A DNA stretch of 64,000 bases from a virus. Lineage: Duplodnaviria > Caudoviricetes. Position 1 is the first letter of the stretch; every line of letters begins with the position of its first letter. Where the stretch lies: positions 128,001 to 192,000 of IMG/VR virus record IMGVR_UViG_3300035502_000313. One strand, written 5' to 3'. Shown in pieces: positions 1 to 9,994 of the stretch. The translations under genes were made by a program, and so were the position numbers. Under the pieces are notes generated by a model. The model did no database searches and was not told the origin of the DNA. It worked only from the letters and a program-made list of their open reading frames with translations.

Positions 1-299
1 ATTTCTGTTCTCTTCTGACGATAAAGAATATATTCCTTTGCAGTGTCGGCAAAACCATTCTTAATAAGAACACGTTCTACATTATCCTGAATCTTTTCTA
101 CATCGATTTCGTTTGTATCGTTATCTGAACAATATTTATCACAAGCAGATTCAATATTGTCTGTTAGCTTTGTACAGGTACTTTTATCGAAATCATAATT
201 GTCCATATAATGAGATGCTTCTACAGCCTTATATATGGCATTATAAATTCTTGTTTTATCAAAATCAACTTTGTTACCGTTACGCTTAATTACTATCAT
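1..299 (-). CDS. ATP-cone domain protein, N-terminal part only (runs off the window edge); probably ribonucleotide reductase large subunit
   Basis: Manual translation MIVIKRNGNKVDFDKTRIYNAIYKA...IDVEKIQDNVERVLIKNGFADTAKEYILYRQKR is a typical ATP-cone; AAAGGAGG RBS upstream. Confidence 0.8.
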   Translation of the reverse strand, partial: MIVIKRNGNKVDFDKTRIYNAIYKAVEASHYMDNYDFDKSTCTKLTDNIESACDKYCSDNDTNEIDVEKIQDNVERVLIKNGFADTAKEYILYRQKRTE

Positions 300-429
300 A
301 ATTAAGTCCTCCTTTATAATTATTTTTACTATAAAGTTATATATTGTGTAGATAAAAAATAAACGAAAAAATAGCACCAGCGTACATATAGCGTACGCTG
401 GCGAATATTTTTGTTTTACCTTATCGACG

Positions 430-717
430 TCAATTTAAATATCTCTTAGCGAATTCATCTTCACCAATATTTTTACGAATTGATGATGTATTGATATACA
501 CTGCACACAGACAACAATCGAACGGATCTGGTGCAATCAATGTGACTTTACAATCATAAAAGTCATTTACAAAACGAGTGAGATTAATATCACATCCGTC
601 GATTTCATTTGCGACATCATCATAGAGTTCGAATCCATTAGGCATTGTTTCGAATACTCCGGCATTCTTATAATCTTCAAGAGTTATAAGCTTCTTTGCA
701 TCGTTTGTTTCATTCAT
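430..717 (-). CDS. hypothetical protein (early cassette)
   Basis: 95 aa ORF, GGAG RBS, upstream TATATATTAT motif, terminator hairpin at about 377-401. Confidence 0.7.
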   Translation of the reverse strand: MNETNDAKKLITLEDYKNAGVFETMPNGFELYDDVANEIDGCDINLTRFVNDFYDCKVTLIAPDPFDCCLCAVYINTSSIRKNIGEDEFAKRYLN

Positions 718-830
718 TTTAAATTCTCCAGTCTATGTTTTATTGACTTTATCATCTGTCTATTACTAAAATAATATATAAATAAAAATAAATATTACCA
801 GGAGTATGGTAGCTCCTGGTAATATAATAA

Positions 831-1610
831 TTAAACACAAAACATAATTGGTTGATTAGCATTTGCAGGATTAACATATCCTTCTCTAAGAGTATTAATA
901 AAGTCTTCTCTTCTTCCAGCCCAGTTTTCAATATAACTTAACTTCAGATCAACTCCAGCGAATATAGTCTCAAGGCCATCATAATGCTGAAGATATGCTA
1001 CTAAAAAGTTAGCTACATCTGCAGTGGCAAGATTTTCAAAAATCTCCATTTGAGTAGGACTTATAGTAGATAGATTAGCAGGATGTGTTACAAATATATC
1101 TAATGGTATATGTCCAAGACCACCAGAAATATCACCATGTGTAGCACTCTGTAATCTAACCATATTAGGATATTTAAAGTCTACGAATATACTATTATTA
1201 AATACAGAAGTTAAATCTGCTCTCATTTGCAATAAAGCTACATCATCCATAGAATAGTTATTATATGCTGACAAATAGTCATAATATCCTATACCAGATT
1301 GCTGAGCCATACCACCATCTTCTTGACCGTATACATCCCAAGCAATATCTCTAACACCTAAGATTTCAGCACCTCCTAAGAGATCAGTATCAATTATATA
1401 ATAACCATCTCTTTTTCTACCTTTATCATTAGTGTCAATAGAAATTCTAACCATATGAGGAAAATAACGAGAGAATGTAAGTAATGTATCTGGAATAATG
1501 ACTTCTTCTACCCAAGTATCTTTAGAAATATCATCAGGTAACATAAGTGGCTTAGTACCTAATCTACGTTCAATCTTATTCAATAAGATATTCATTTTAT
1601 TAAAAGCCAT
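831..1610 (-). CDS. hypothetical protein, probable virion structural (neck-like)
   Basis: 259 aa, strong RBS, late promoter at 1638-1649; function inferred only. Confidence 0.5.
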   Translation of the reverse strand: MAFNKMNILLNKIERRLGTKPLMLPDDISKDTWVEEVIIPDTLLTFSRYFPHMVRISIDTNDKGRKRDGYYIIDTDLLGGAEILGVRDIAWDVYGQEDGGMAQQSGIGYYDYLSAYNNYSMDDVALLQMRADLTSVFNNSIFVDFKYPNMVRLQSATHGDISGGLGHIPLDIFVTHPANLSTISPTQMEIFENLATADVANFLVAYLQHYDGLETIFAGVDLKLSYIENWAGRREDFINTLREGYVNPANANQPIMFCV

Positions 1611-1711
1611 AACTATTACATCTCCTTTATATAATATTACTTAGATGTTAAAAATACGCAAAAAAGAAACGTGCTAATTAAAGCACGTCTCCCTTTCTTT
1701 TGTTTCTTTGT

Positions 1712-1882
1712 TCAGTCTTCACATGTACGGAGATTATCCATGCCTTCACTTAAAACTAGCAGAGTATATGGAATCTCCCACCCATACTTTTCTGAAATCT
1801 TCACCACAGAATCATGGAAATTTGATTGAGAACTATATAGGCATGCAACAACATCTTTTTGCGTTTTGATAGATTCATCCAT
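1712..1882 (-). CDS. small hypothetical protein (56 aa), not in ORF track
   Basis: AAGGAGGTG RBS overlapping the upstream stop; MDESIKTQKDVVACLYSSQSNFHDSVVKISEKYGWEIPYTLLVLSEGMDNLRTCED; followed by terminator. Confidence 0.7.
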   Translation of the reverse strand: MDESIKTQKDVVACLYSSQSNFHDSVVKISEKYGWEIPYTLLVLSEGMDNLRTCED

Positions 1883-1895
1883 GGTATCCACCTCC

Positions 1896-2552
1896 TTACT
1901 TTTTTGTTGTCAGAGCATATTTATTAATTGCTCTGTTGTTTTCGTCTGTGACCATTCTGATAATAGACTGGTCTCTAAGTAGCACATTGAGTGTTACCTC
2001 AATTGCTATCTTAGATAACTGGCGATTAGTGAACCAATACTGTTCCCATTGGTCACCAAAGTATCGATCCAAGATCCTTTTGATCTTGGTATCAATTGAA
2101 TCACATGATCGAATGTGGTCAACTTCAGACTTCATAAGTCTGAGCTTAGCGTTTTGATCATTCTGAAACGCCATACTTCTACCAGCGAGAAAATAGTCAA
2201 TCTCTTGCTGGTCTACTACTGGTTTTGATCGTCTATACTCATATGAGCATAACCTTTTAATGATGCAAGACGATCCTTCCTCTGTAGTGATATGTACGTA
2301 CATATCCACAGAGGAGAGATTTCCTACTTCACATAAAGTTATCCTTTCTTGATAATCAACCTCCTTAAATCTGTGAATCGCATAAATAATGGCTTCTGTA
2401 CTGTTTTCAAACAGATACATCAAACCATCATTGAAAGAGCACATTACCCTTTCGAATTTCCCGAACTGGCTTTCTATTTCTCTTATAGCCTCGGAACGTC
2501 CTATTACATCCTCTAAGTCAAAATTTAAGTTACCCTGATTATTGTTGTTCAT
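1896..2552 (-). CDS. hypothetical protein (early cassette)
   Basis: 218 aa, GGAGGT RBS, early promoter at 2616-2632. Confidence 0.75.
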   Translation of the reverse strand: MNNNNQGNLNFDLEDVIGRSEAIREIESQFGKFERVMCSFNDGLMYLFENSTEAIIYAIHRFKEVDYQERITLCEVGNLSSVDMYVHITTEEGSSCIIKRLCSYEYRRSKPVVDQQEIDYFLAGRSMAFQNDQNAKLRLMKSEVDHIRSCDSIDTKIKRILDRYFGDQWEQYWFTNRQLSKIAIEVTLNVLLRDQSIIRMVTDENNRAINKYALTTKK

Positions 2553-2615
2553 TTTGTTACCTCCTGCCTTTTATTGGCAATAAAATTTTAATTAACAGTT
2601 GAACGCTCTGTTAAT

Positions 2616-2632
2616 CACTATTATAATATATA
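2616..2632 (-). promoter_or_regulatory. phage early promoter TATATATTATAATAGTG
   Basis: Same motif at 11608-11624, 14616-14632, 16869-16885; variants near 765-780, 7226-7238(+), 44810-44825, 49490-49501, 52433-52450; resembles phiKZ/AR9 early TATATTA-type promoters. Confidence 0.7.
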
Positions 2633-2701
2633 ATCTATTATAATTATACAGAAGGTAAAATAACAGGGTAGTTAATCTACCCTGTTATCATATACTTTAT
2701 C

Positions 2702-3001
2702 TTATATTATCTTTATTATTAGTTTATTATCATTATCTGGTATATAGGTTAAGACTCTATATGCCTTACCATAAATAACGACATTTTGTTCCGATGGTAG
2801 TGTATTAATTATATCAATGTCTTTAGAACTGAATCCTGTAATATCATACATTACACAAGTACCATCTGTACATGCATTTACTGTGTATGAAGAATCCTTT
2901 AATAGTGAGTATATAATCATATTTTGATTGATATATTTAATAACATAATCGACGAGGTTAATACCAGATATATTTTTTGTAAAACTTAGTATATCATCCA
3001 T
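2702..3001 (-). CDS. hypothetical protein
   Basis: 99 aa, AAGGAGG RBS, TAATG overlap with upstream small ORF. Confidence 0.7.
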   Translation of the reverse strand: MDDILSFTKNISGINLVDYVIKYINQNMIIYSLLKDSSYTVNACTDGTCVMYDITGFSSKDIDIINTLPSEQNVVIYGKAYRVLTYIPDNDNKLIIKII

Positions 3002-3240
3002 TACGGTATTAATCCTCCTTCTTCTAATGCGTCTTCCATTGCATCAGCCTGAACCTGTTCCTTACCTTCTTCAGATTGCATCTTTTCATATGCTATTGTG
3101 TACAAGATTTGAAACATAGCACAAGGCATTTCATATAACTCCATAAGAGATATTCTACCTTTATAATAGGTTGAAACTTGCTCTATACGTCTTATATCTT
3201 TTTCATAAGACCCAGCTGATGACGTGTAAAAAGCATATTG
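3001..3240 (-). CDS. gp51/gpT-like chaperone extension (-1 frame of upstream gene; or a 47-aa ORF from ATG 3144)
   Basis: -1 frame open from 3240 to stop at 3001: FYTSSAGSYEKDIRRIEQVSTYYKGRISLMELYEMPCAMFQILY... Confidence 0.6.
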   Translation of the reverse strand, partial: QYAFYTSSAGSYEKDIRRIEQVSTYYKGRISLMELYEMPCAMFQILYTIAYEKMQSEEGKEQVQADAMEDALEEGGLIP

Positions 3241-4895
3241 TCAGGATTAATTTCTTGCTCGTCAATTTTTCTACCACATTTTGGACATCTGCGTTCAGGG
3301 TAGATATAAGAAATATCTCTGATAAGATTACCATTATCATCAAGCTTACCACCATCATACTTATCTGTTTCAACAGAAAGAGCCATAAGCTGGTCAGATG
3401 TCAGTGACTTAAGAATGGTATCAAATGTCTTAATACGACGCTTATATGTCAAAGACTTATCATTAACAACAGGCTTTGTATCAATAGGAATAAGCTGATT
3501 ATTAGCATAGTCAATCTTATAGATTGCATCGATGTAAGATAGTAGAAGAAGTCTATCTTCATACTTAGAGTTAAAATCCTGATTTACAAGAGTAGGTTCA
3601 ATATAAGTGTTATAAAGTGATGGAACCTTAAGAGCAAATACATACTCATCAGAAGCCTGATATAGAGTTACATTATAATCAGAGTTAGAAGAATCTGTAT
3701 TGCCTTCATGAAGAATAGTCATATATTCTTCCTTAATAGCATCAGATTCAAACTTAATCATAGAATGAATTGGAACTGATTCCATGAATACATTATTACA
3801 CTTATCATCACCACAAGAGAATGTGATAATATTAGACAAACCAAATGTAGCCTTATATGCAGTAAACATATAATCATCTACAACAGTATTAGGTGTAATC
3901 ATTGCCCAAGCTTCGAATGTCTTTGGCTTATTAGCATCAATAATATGATCATAAATAAGCTTTAGTTTGTTTTCGATATACTTGTTATAATTACTACCTC
4001 TTAAACGCTGTGGGTCGATAGACTGAATTTCCATTGGCTTCCATGCAGACATTCTAACAGCTTTCTTCTGATTCCATAGAACGCCATCTGCACATTCAAT
4101 AGCCTTAGTCTTGATATCATTGATAACCTTAGCAGCATTGATTGGCTTCTTAGCAATTGTAAAACCATTAAGATTAATAGCCTTAGAAATAGGATTGAAA
4201 GATTTCTTTACTTCCTTTCTAATTGTCTCTTTAATCTCTTCAGTCTTAGCCTTCTCATCTTCTTCCTCTTCAGAATCCTTATCATCTTCATCGTCATCTT
4301 CATCAAGATATTTCATGTCTTCATCTTCAATACCATCAAAAAGATGCTCATCTTCGTCATATACAGATTCATCAGCAGCCATAACGATAGTTTCTTTCTT
4401 AGTACCAGCAACAGGAGCTGAATTTTCAACAGTCTTTTCAATTACAACTGGAGTCTCTTCTTTTACAACAACAGGTGCTACAGGTGTAGGTTCTGGAGTA
4501 GGGGTTGTTGTTACTACAGACTGAGCAGGTTCAACCTCATCTTCAAACTTGTGTACTACAACAGTATTAGATGAAGATGCAGTTAGTTCGTCATCAGAAT
4601 CAATATCACTATCATTTACGATAGCAGCCTCGATTCTTTCTTCCTGACCTTTTCTAAAAGTTTCATTTGTTTCACTCTGTGTTCTGGCAATTGCACCATC
4701 AATTCCTTCAAATGCCTTATCAAGCATTGGATTACCTGTACCGACAATAGGCTCAGGCTTAGACTGTACTACAGCCTCAGCGATATTTGCTTCTTTTACA
4801 TTAGATGTATCTAGCTTCTTTCTTGGCATATTAGATGGAGTAGCAGTTGGAATAGCACCATTAGCAAGCTCAGATAAAGTTACATTTTCAGACAT
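3192..4895 (-). CDS. baseplate hub/tail assembly chaperone (T4 gp26-like) with long acidic N-terminus
   Basis: CGDDKC and CPKCG Zn ligands, LKVPS motif, ends ...NMLFTR; next to gp25-like gene. Confidence 0.55.
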   Translation of the reverse strand: MSENVTLSELANGAIPTATPSNMPRKKLDTSNVKEANIAEAVVQSKPEPIVGTGNPMLDKAFEGIDGAIARTQSETNETFRKGQEERIEAAIVNDSDIDSDDELTASSSNTVVVHKFEDEVEPAQSVVTTTPTPEPTPVAPVVVKEETPVVIEKTVENSAPVAGTKKETIVMAADESVYDEDEHLFDGIEDEDMKYLDEDDDEDDKDSEEEEDEKAKTEEIKETIRKEVKKSFNPISKAINLNGFTIAKKPINAAKVINDIKTKAIECADGVLWNQKKAVRMSAWKPMEIQSIDPQRLRGSNYNKYIENKLKLIYDHIIDANKPKTFEAWAMITPNTVVDDYMFTAYKATFGLSNIITFSCGDDKCNNVFMESVPIHSMIKFESDAIKEEYMTILHEGNTDSSNSDYNVTLYQASDEYVFALKVPSLYNTYIEPTLVNQDFNSKYEDRLLLLSYIDAIYKIDYANNQLIPIDTKPVVNDKSLTYKRRIKTFDTILKSLTSDQLMALSVETDKYDGGKLDDNGNLIRDISYIYPERRCPKCGRKIDEQEINPDNMLFTRHQLGLMKKI

Positions 4896-4910
4896 ATGAT
4901 TTCCTCCTTG

Positions 4911-5330
4911 TTATTTAAAATCAGCTAAACTAGCTGTATTTTGTAATACTTCACCAGTTTCTGTATTAATCGGTAGATAAGCATTTAACTCTTCCGAAGT
5001 AATATAGATCTTGATTACTTTTTGATCATTAGTATCATCATCCCCAAGAATACATCTAACATCGGTTAGAGTAAACTGTGGAAGATATGTCATAATTTGG
5101 TTTTTTATAGAATTGGCTAATTTAACCATATCTACTTCAGTTGAATATCTAAATCTAGAAACTAGTCCAACACCCATACCAGGATGAGTCTGAAATGTTC
5201 CAGGTTCTAACAAGATAAGTCTAATCAGCATCAAAGTAGCATAGTCTTCACCTTTTGCTACAAGAGGCTTATAATATTTATCAACGGAAAGTAATGGTTC
5301 AGTTGTATCTACAGAAGTACTATCTGCCAT
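4911..5330 (-). CDS. baseplate wedge protein (gp25-like)
   Basis: LLEPGTFQTHPGMGVGL...IKNQIMTYLP matches the gp25 pattern; 139 aa; late promoter 5348-5359. Confidence 0.7.
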   Translation of the reverse strand: MADSTSVDTTEPLLSVDKYYKPLVAKGEDYATLMLIRLILLEPGTFQTHPGMGVGLVSRFRYSTEVDMVKLANSIKNQIMTYLPQFTLTDVRCILGDDDTNDQKVIKIYITSEELNAYLPINTETGEVLQNTASLADFK

Positions 5331-5411
5331 ATTATTACCTCCTTCATTAATATATTGTTTTTGTTATAAAAAAATAAAGCTCTGATTTAACAGAGCCTTA
5401 TTTTTATTTGA

Positions 5412-6311
5412 TTAGTTTTCAGATGTGATTCTAGTTACAACTTCAATAGCCTTTTCTTTTGATTCAGCAGAACCAAGGAAACAGCTAGGGTGAAGGAAAG
5501 TAACTCCATCCCAAGTTCTTACCTCATCAGGAATATTGATAATATGGTTATTCATAGAACCTTCTTCTTTAGGAATAGCTCTAAAGCAATAACCTCCTCT
5601 AGAATTCGGATAGATATAGAACGGGATATTTTCTTTAGTGAGTTCATTAACCATAGAACTGATGTATGTCTCTGTTGCTACATAAACACCATTACTAGTT
5701 TTGATAGCTTTTAAACAGTCTTCATGTTCTTCTACTTCTGCATCGATAGTATAGAACAGATTTCTGAATAAAGTTTTCATAATGGTTACAGCATGTATGA
5801 ATTCATGTTCATTAGTATTAGAAAATCCGTTTGTTCTATTAGGTGGGCAATTTAACTGTCTAATCATAAATGTAAGAGGGTTAGATTCTACACCATTATC
5901 AGCATCATCAATATACTTGATTAATGATTCATATACATAAGTCTTGTGCTTTTCATCAGATACAAACTCTGTGCCAACCTCTCTCCAAATTAATCCAACT
6001 GATGCATATTTTCCACCATCAGGTCTAAACACATGATTAGCTTCTTCACCAACTTGATGATGGTCATACTGTCCTAATCCAATGTCATATACTACACAGT
6101 CTACTGTGTCATCTGTGTATCCTTCTTCAGCAGGCTTAAATGTTTTAACAAGTTCAGTTTTGATTCCATATTTATCTACAAACAACAATTCAAGAAGTGC
6201 TGTTGCTGATACGTCATCTGTATGGAATCTAGGGTTTGAGCTATGTGTTACAAGTGTAACCTCAGTACATTCTCCTTTCTTGATTCTTTCAATGATTTCT
6301 TTAATTTTCAT
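5412..6311 (-). CDS. MYG1 (UPF0160) family DHH-type exonuclease
   Basis: TH..FHTDD, DIG...YDHHQ, YASVGLIW, IDDADNG, FLHPSCFLG motifs. Confidence 0.85.
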   Translation of the reverse strand: MKIKEIIERIKKGECTEVTLVTHSSNPRFHTDDVSATALLELLFVDKYGIKTELVKTFKPAEEGYTDDTVDCVVYDIGLGQYDHHQVGEEANHVFRPDGGKYASVGLIWREVGTEFVSDEKHKTYVYESLIKYIDDADNGVESNPLTFMIRQLNCPPNRTNGFSNTNEHEFIHAVTIMKTLFRNLFYTIDAEVEEHEDCLKAIKTSNGVYVATETYISSMVNELTKENIPFYIYPNSRGGYCFRAIPKEEGSMNNHIINIPDEVRTWDGVTFLHPSCFLGSAESKEKAIEVVTRITSEN

Positions 6312-6439
6312 ATAATTAATTCCTCCTTAAGAATTATGATGTATTATATCATACATCAAAATGATATATGATTATATTTTAGTTTTTACAAGTATAAAAA
6401 CTTAACTATAAATAACTCTCACTGAAAGGAACATATATT

Positions 6440-7222
6440 ATGGCTAAATTGAAATACACCTTTGATGACTATATTAATAATCCATCTGGAAAAGGCAGTG
6501 CAGTTATTGCTTCCATTAATAAAGACCAATTTGATAAGGAGCTTATTGGTCTGGAAAGTAATAATGGAAAATCCAGTTATACTGTTTATAAGCAAATTAA
6601 AAGTGGCGGCATAGTATCTTATGTCATACACTTTCTAATTCCTTCTAATACTAAAAATTTCTTTCATGATGTAGTTGTAGAATTTACACCAAAAAAGGAT
6701 GATTCTACTACTAATAGAACGATAAAGAATCATACAGTAAGATTCTTTTCTAATGACAGCAATTTTGTATTTACATATGCTTATACTTTTAAATCACATG
6801 GAGTTCTAATAACAGAACTCGAAAAACTTCTTCCGTTTAGAAGTACTGTACAAAAACCTACTATGCGTAATCCTGACAATGCAATGGGTTATAATAAGAG
6901 TATAGTGTTTGCTTATCTTATTATGCAAAGAAATGGATTATTTGCTAAGGATACACTTAATAGACTTGCTAAGAATGCTGGTATTAATGTAATACGAGCA
7001 AATATTTTACCTTTTGATAAAAAGGAGCAGGAACGTAAGAAAATAACACAAGAAGCTAAAGAGGCTGGAGAAAAAGAAAAAAGAACCCCAGCTAATAAAG
7101 TAATCAAATCTAAGAATCTTCTTGGGGATAAGTTACCATCACCGCCAAAGATTTCTAAGATTGTCGGTAATAGTAAGATGATTAAGAAAGTTTCAAGTGT
7201 CAAAAAATCTAAAAAGCGATAA
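6440..7222 (+). CDS. hypothetical protein, basic C-terminus
   Basis: 260 aa ORF with GAAAGGA RBS. Confidence 0.65.
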   Translation: MAKLKYTFDDYINNPSGKGSAVIASINKDQFDKELIGLESNNGKSSYTVYKQIKSGGIVSYVIHFLIPSNTKNFFHDVVVEFTPKKDDSTTNRTIKNHTVRFFSNDSNFVFTYAYTFKSHGVLITELEKLLPFRSTVQKPTMRNPDNAMGYNKSIVFAYLIMQRNGLFAKDTLNRLAKNAGINVIRANILPFDKKEQERKKITQEAKEAGEKEKRTPANKVIKSKNLLGDKLPSPPKISKIVGNSKMIKKVSSVKKSKKR

Positions 7223-7284
7223 GGTTGTATATTATAATGGAGTACAAAGTACAAATTTATTTATAAAACGGGAGGTTAAATAAA

Positions 7285-8913
7285 ATGGATAACAATTTTG
7301 AATCACCAGAAATACTAAATTCACTTCAGCCGATGGATGTATTTGAGTATTCTCATAGTGCATATTATTGGACTGAAGTAGACAATTGGTTTCCACAACA
7401 AGGGGAAGAAATTTTTAAGCAAACCAGAAACGCAATTATTCTTCCAGTGTCCAAGTTTTATGAAAGACCTGAGTCTTCTATGATGCTGGACTATTTTATG
7501 CTTATCTCAAAGAGATGCTACAATTCTGATGAGATCAGAAATCATATTTGTAGATATCTCAATTATTTTGAAAGATTCTATGATAAAGAACAAGAGTTAT
7601 TGTTCCATATGTATAGAATCAAGTTCATGATTGATATTGGAGTACCTACCAGTGACGGTAAGTATAGACAATATACTATGGATGAATTCAAGAATGACAT
7701 AAAAACTTATGTCCTTTCTCAGAGCATCTATAGCAAGACATGGAAAATGGTTGAGGACAATTATCAGCTTGAACTCAACTACAAAAACAAAAGCAATGAA
7801 GCTTTGCAGTACTCAGACCGTCATGGTAAATATCTGATGGAAATTAGTATCTTTATGAATATGCTTATTCCTTTGATGATGCATTTTGTATATAAGAACA
7901 AAATCACATCTACAGATGTAATTCATACACTGATTTTCACAATTTACAACTGGCTGTTTGATATTTACACCAACAAAGATATTATGGCTAAGCGTGGTCT
8001 TCAGCCTGCAGATATGTATTCTAAATTCTATGAGACATCTAGTACAACTATGGCATCTCATTATAAAACAAATGGAACACTTTGGGACATGTCTGCAATT
8101 AGAGGTCACTCACCTATAATCAATGCAAATGATGCAGTTAACACTGTTATTATGCAGGTTATGCCAAAATATACTTTTAAAGGAAACGTTATTACATACA
8201 ATATAACTTCCGTCAGAAATAATATAAAGTATAATATTTCTGATATTAGTTATGAGTATGATTACGTTTCGTTAAGCTCTTCAAAACGTGATGGAGAAGA
8301 TAATACTTCACAGTTGGATAAGTATGAAGCCCATCTTCAGAAAACTGATGAAGGACTAGCACTTCAGAACGATTACAGAGCTAAGAGAGTTATGGAAATA
8401 ATTATTTCATTCGGAGGGTATGTCAGTGATGATGAAATCAAATTTTATAGAAAACGACTTACCGAGAATGGGCAGTTTCTTATAAATCGTTTCCAACAGA
8501 ATCTTGTCAATAATATGTATTATAGATTCTTTGGAGACACAGTATCAATCAATAGTATCAATGGTGATCAGTATATCACTCTTATGATAATTGCTAAAAG
8601 ATTGTTACTGAAAAATGGTATGAAGCTATTACCGTATATAATCTCAAGTAAAGTAGTTAGAATATCTACAAGAACTTCTCTTTGTAAGAAAGAACTTATG
8701 AAGATAGAACAGTCTGAATATTATAATGACTTGCTTAGAAAGTATAATGGTAATGAAAAGATTATCAAGCAGTTTTTATCATTAATAGCAACAACCTTAT
8801 CTAGTGGTTTTAAGATTATTGATTATGATAATTCTCAGTATAATAACTATGAGGTTGTTATGGAAAGCGATATTCTCATCGATGAACTGATGAGATTTAT
8901 TCTTGCAATATAA
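7285..8913 (+). CDS. conserved jumbo-phage protein; candidate non-virion RNAP promoter-specificity subunit (phiKZ gp68/AR9 gp226-like)
   Basis: 542 aa, helical, early-type promoter TGTATATTATAAT at 7226; size fits; the ORF is solid but the function is inferred. Confidence 0.4.
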   Translation: MDNNFESPEILNSLQPMDVFEYSHSAYYWTEVDNWFPQQGEEIFKQTRNAIILPVSKFYERPESSMMLDYFMLISKRCYNSDEIRNHICRYLNYFERFYDKEQELLFHMYRIKFMIDIGVPTSDGKYRQYTMDEFKNDIKTYVLSQSIYSKTWKMVEDNYQLELNYKNKSNEALQYSDRHGKYLMEISIFMNMLIPLMMHFVYKNKITSTDVIHTLIFTIYNWLFDIYTNKDIMAKRGLQPADMYSKFYETSSTTMASHYKTNGTLWDMSAIRGHSPIINANDAVNTVIMQVMPKYTFKGNVITYNITSVRNNIKYNISDISYEYDYVSLSSSKRDGEDNTSQLDKYEAHLQKTDEGLALQNDYRAKRVMEIIISFGGYVSDDEIKFYRKRLTENGQFLINRFQQNLVNNMYYRFFGDTVSINSINGDQYITLMIIAKRLLLKNGMKLLPYIISSKVVRISTRTSLCKKELMKIEQSEYYNDLLRKYNGNEKIIKQFLSLIATTLSSGFKIIDYDNSQYNNYEVVMESDILIDELMRFILAI

Positions 8914-8983
8914 TTATGAAATTATTGTGACGGAGGGGACAAAGTTCTCCTCTGTCATTTATATAAACTAGGAGGAAATGTAA

Positions 8984-9988
8984 ATGTTTACTGAAAGAAA
9001 GAAAATAGTTATTGGAGAAACATACTTGTTCGATGTTCTTAATGAAACTAATATGGCTGTAACTTCATCATTAGTAACAGTTATAAAGAAATCAAAACAT
9101 AACAAGTATATTGTCTTGTCTGTTAATAATGGAGATATTTTTGAGACAGACGCTGAATACTTAACTCCATATGTAGATCCTGAAAAAGCTTCTGTTATAC
9201 GTTGTCAGTACGGAACAACAGAATTCACTAATCACGATCTTATTTATTTTGAGACTGTGGATATGATGTTAGACATGCTTAATACTTTAAACCAAGAAGT
9301 AAAGGATGATTTTAAAGCAAGTGAAGAGTTTTCTGATATTATAAAGATGTCAAAAGAACTCACTGCTGATATGAGAGAAAAGGTTACTAAGTATGTAAAC
9401 ATCAGCAATTATAAATCAGCATTCAAAGTATTAGGAAATGCTTATTCTAAGATAAAGAATAACTTTAAATGCAATGAAGAAAAGGCTGTTGATTTATTGT
9501 CTTATATAAATAAAGACTATTCTAAGTTTGACGATATGTTTAACAGTAATGTAGATGATTATATCAGTGGAGATATAAACATTGAAGACTTTATTGATAA
9601 GGCTGAAGATATAATCGAAGAAGCATATCCTAAGGAACTTCTTGAAAATGTTAAAGATATCATAGATCCACGACGTTCAAAAATAAGCAAAGAAGAGATT
9701 AGAGAAACTTTATGTAAGGTAGTTAGACATGCTTATGTAAATGATTGTATAGCTATCATTATAGGATTAGATGATTCAGAAAATTGGCATATCAAATCTG
9801 TATATTTCGATGATGAAGACTATGGTAAAGCTGATGCAATAAATGAAGTTATGGATGATTTTAAAGAATATGTTTATGATATGTATCCTGAATTAGAACA
9901 GCATGATTACTGTGATCCTAAATACAGATTCAATGTTATCACTATAAGCAAAAAAGATAATATTGAAAATGACGATGATATGGAGTGA
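8984..9988 (+). CDS. hypothetical protein
   Basis: 334 aa, AGGAGG RBS. Confidence 0.7.
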   Translation: MFTERKKIVIGETYLFDVLNETNMAVTSSLVTVIKKSKHNKYIVLSVNNGDIFETDAEYLTPYVDPEKASVIRCQYGTTEFTNHDLIYFETVDMMLDMLNTLNQEVKDDFKASEEFSDIIKMSKELTADMREKVTKYVNISNYKSAFKVLGNAYSKIKNNFKCNEEKAVDLLSYINKDYSKFDDMFNSNVDDYISGDINIEDFIDKAEDIIEEAYPKELLENVKDIIDPRRSKISKEEIRETLCKVVRHAYVNDCIAIIIGLDDSENWHIKSVYFDDEDYGKADAINEVMDDFKEYVYDMYPELEQHDYCDPKYRFNVITISKKDNIENDDDME

Positions 9989-9994
9989 TTTAAA

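Noticed and set aside
1712-1882. Suspected frameshifted pseudogene
   Set aside because: A recount shows an intact 56-codon ORF
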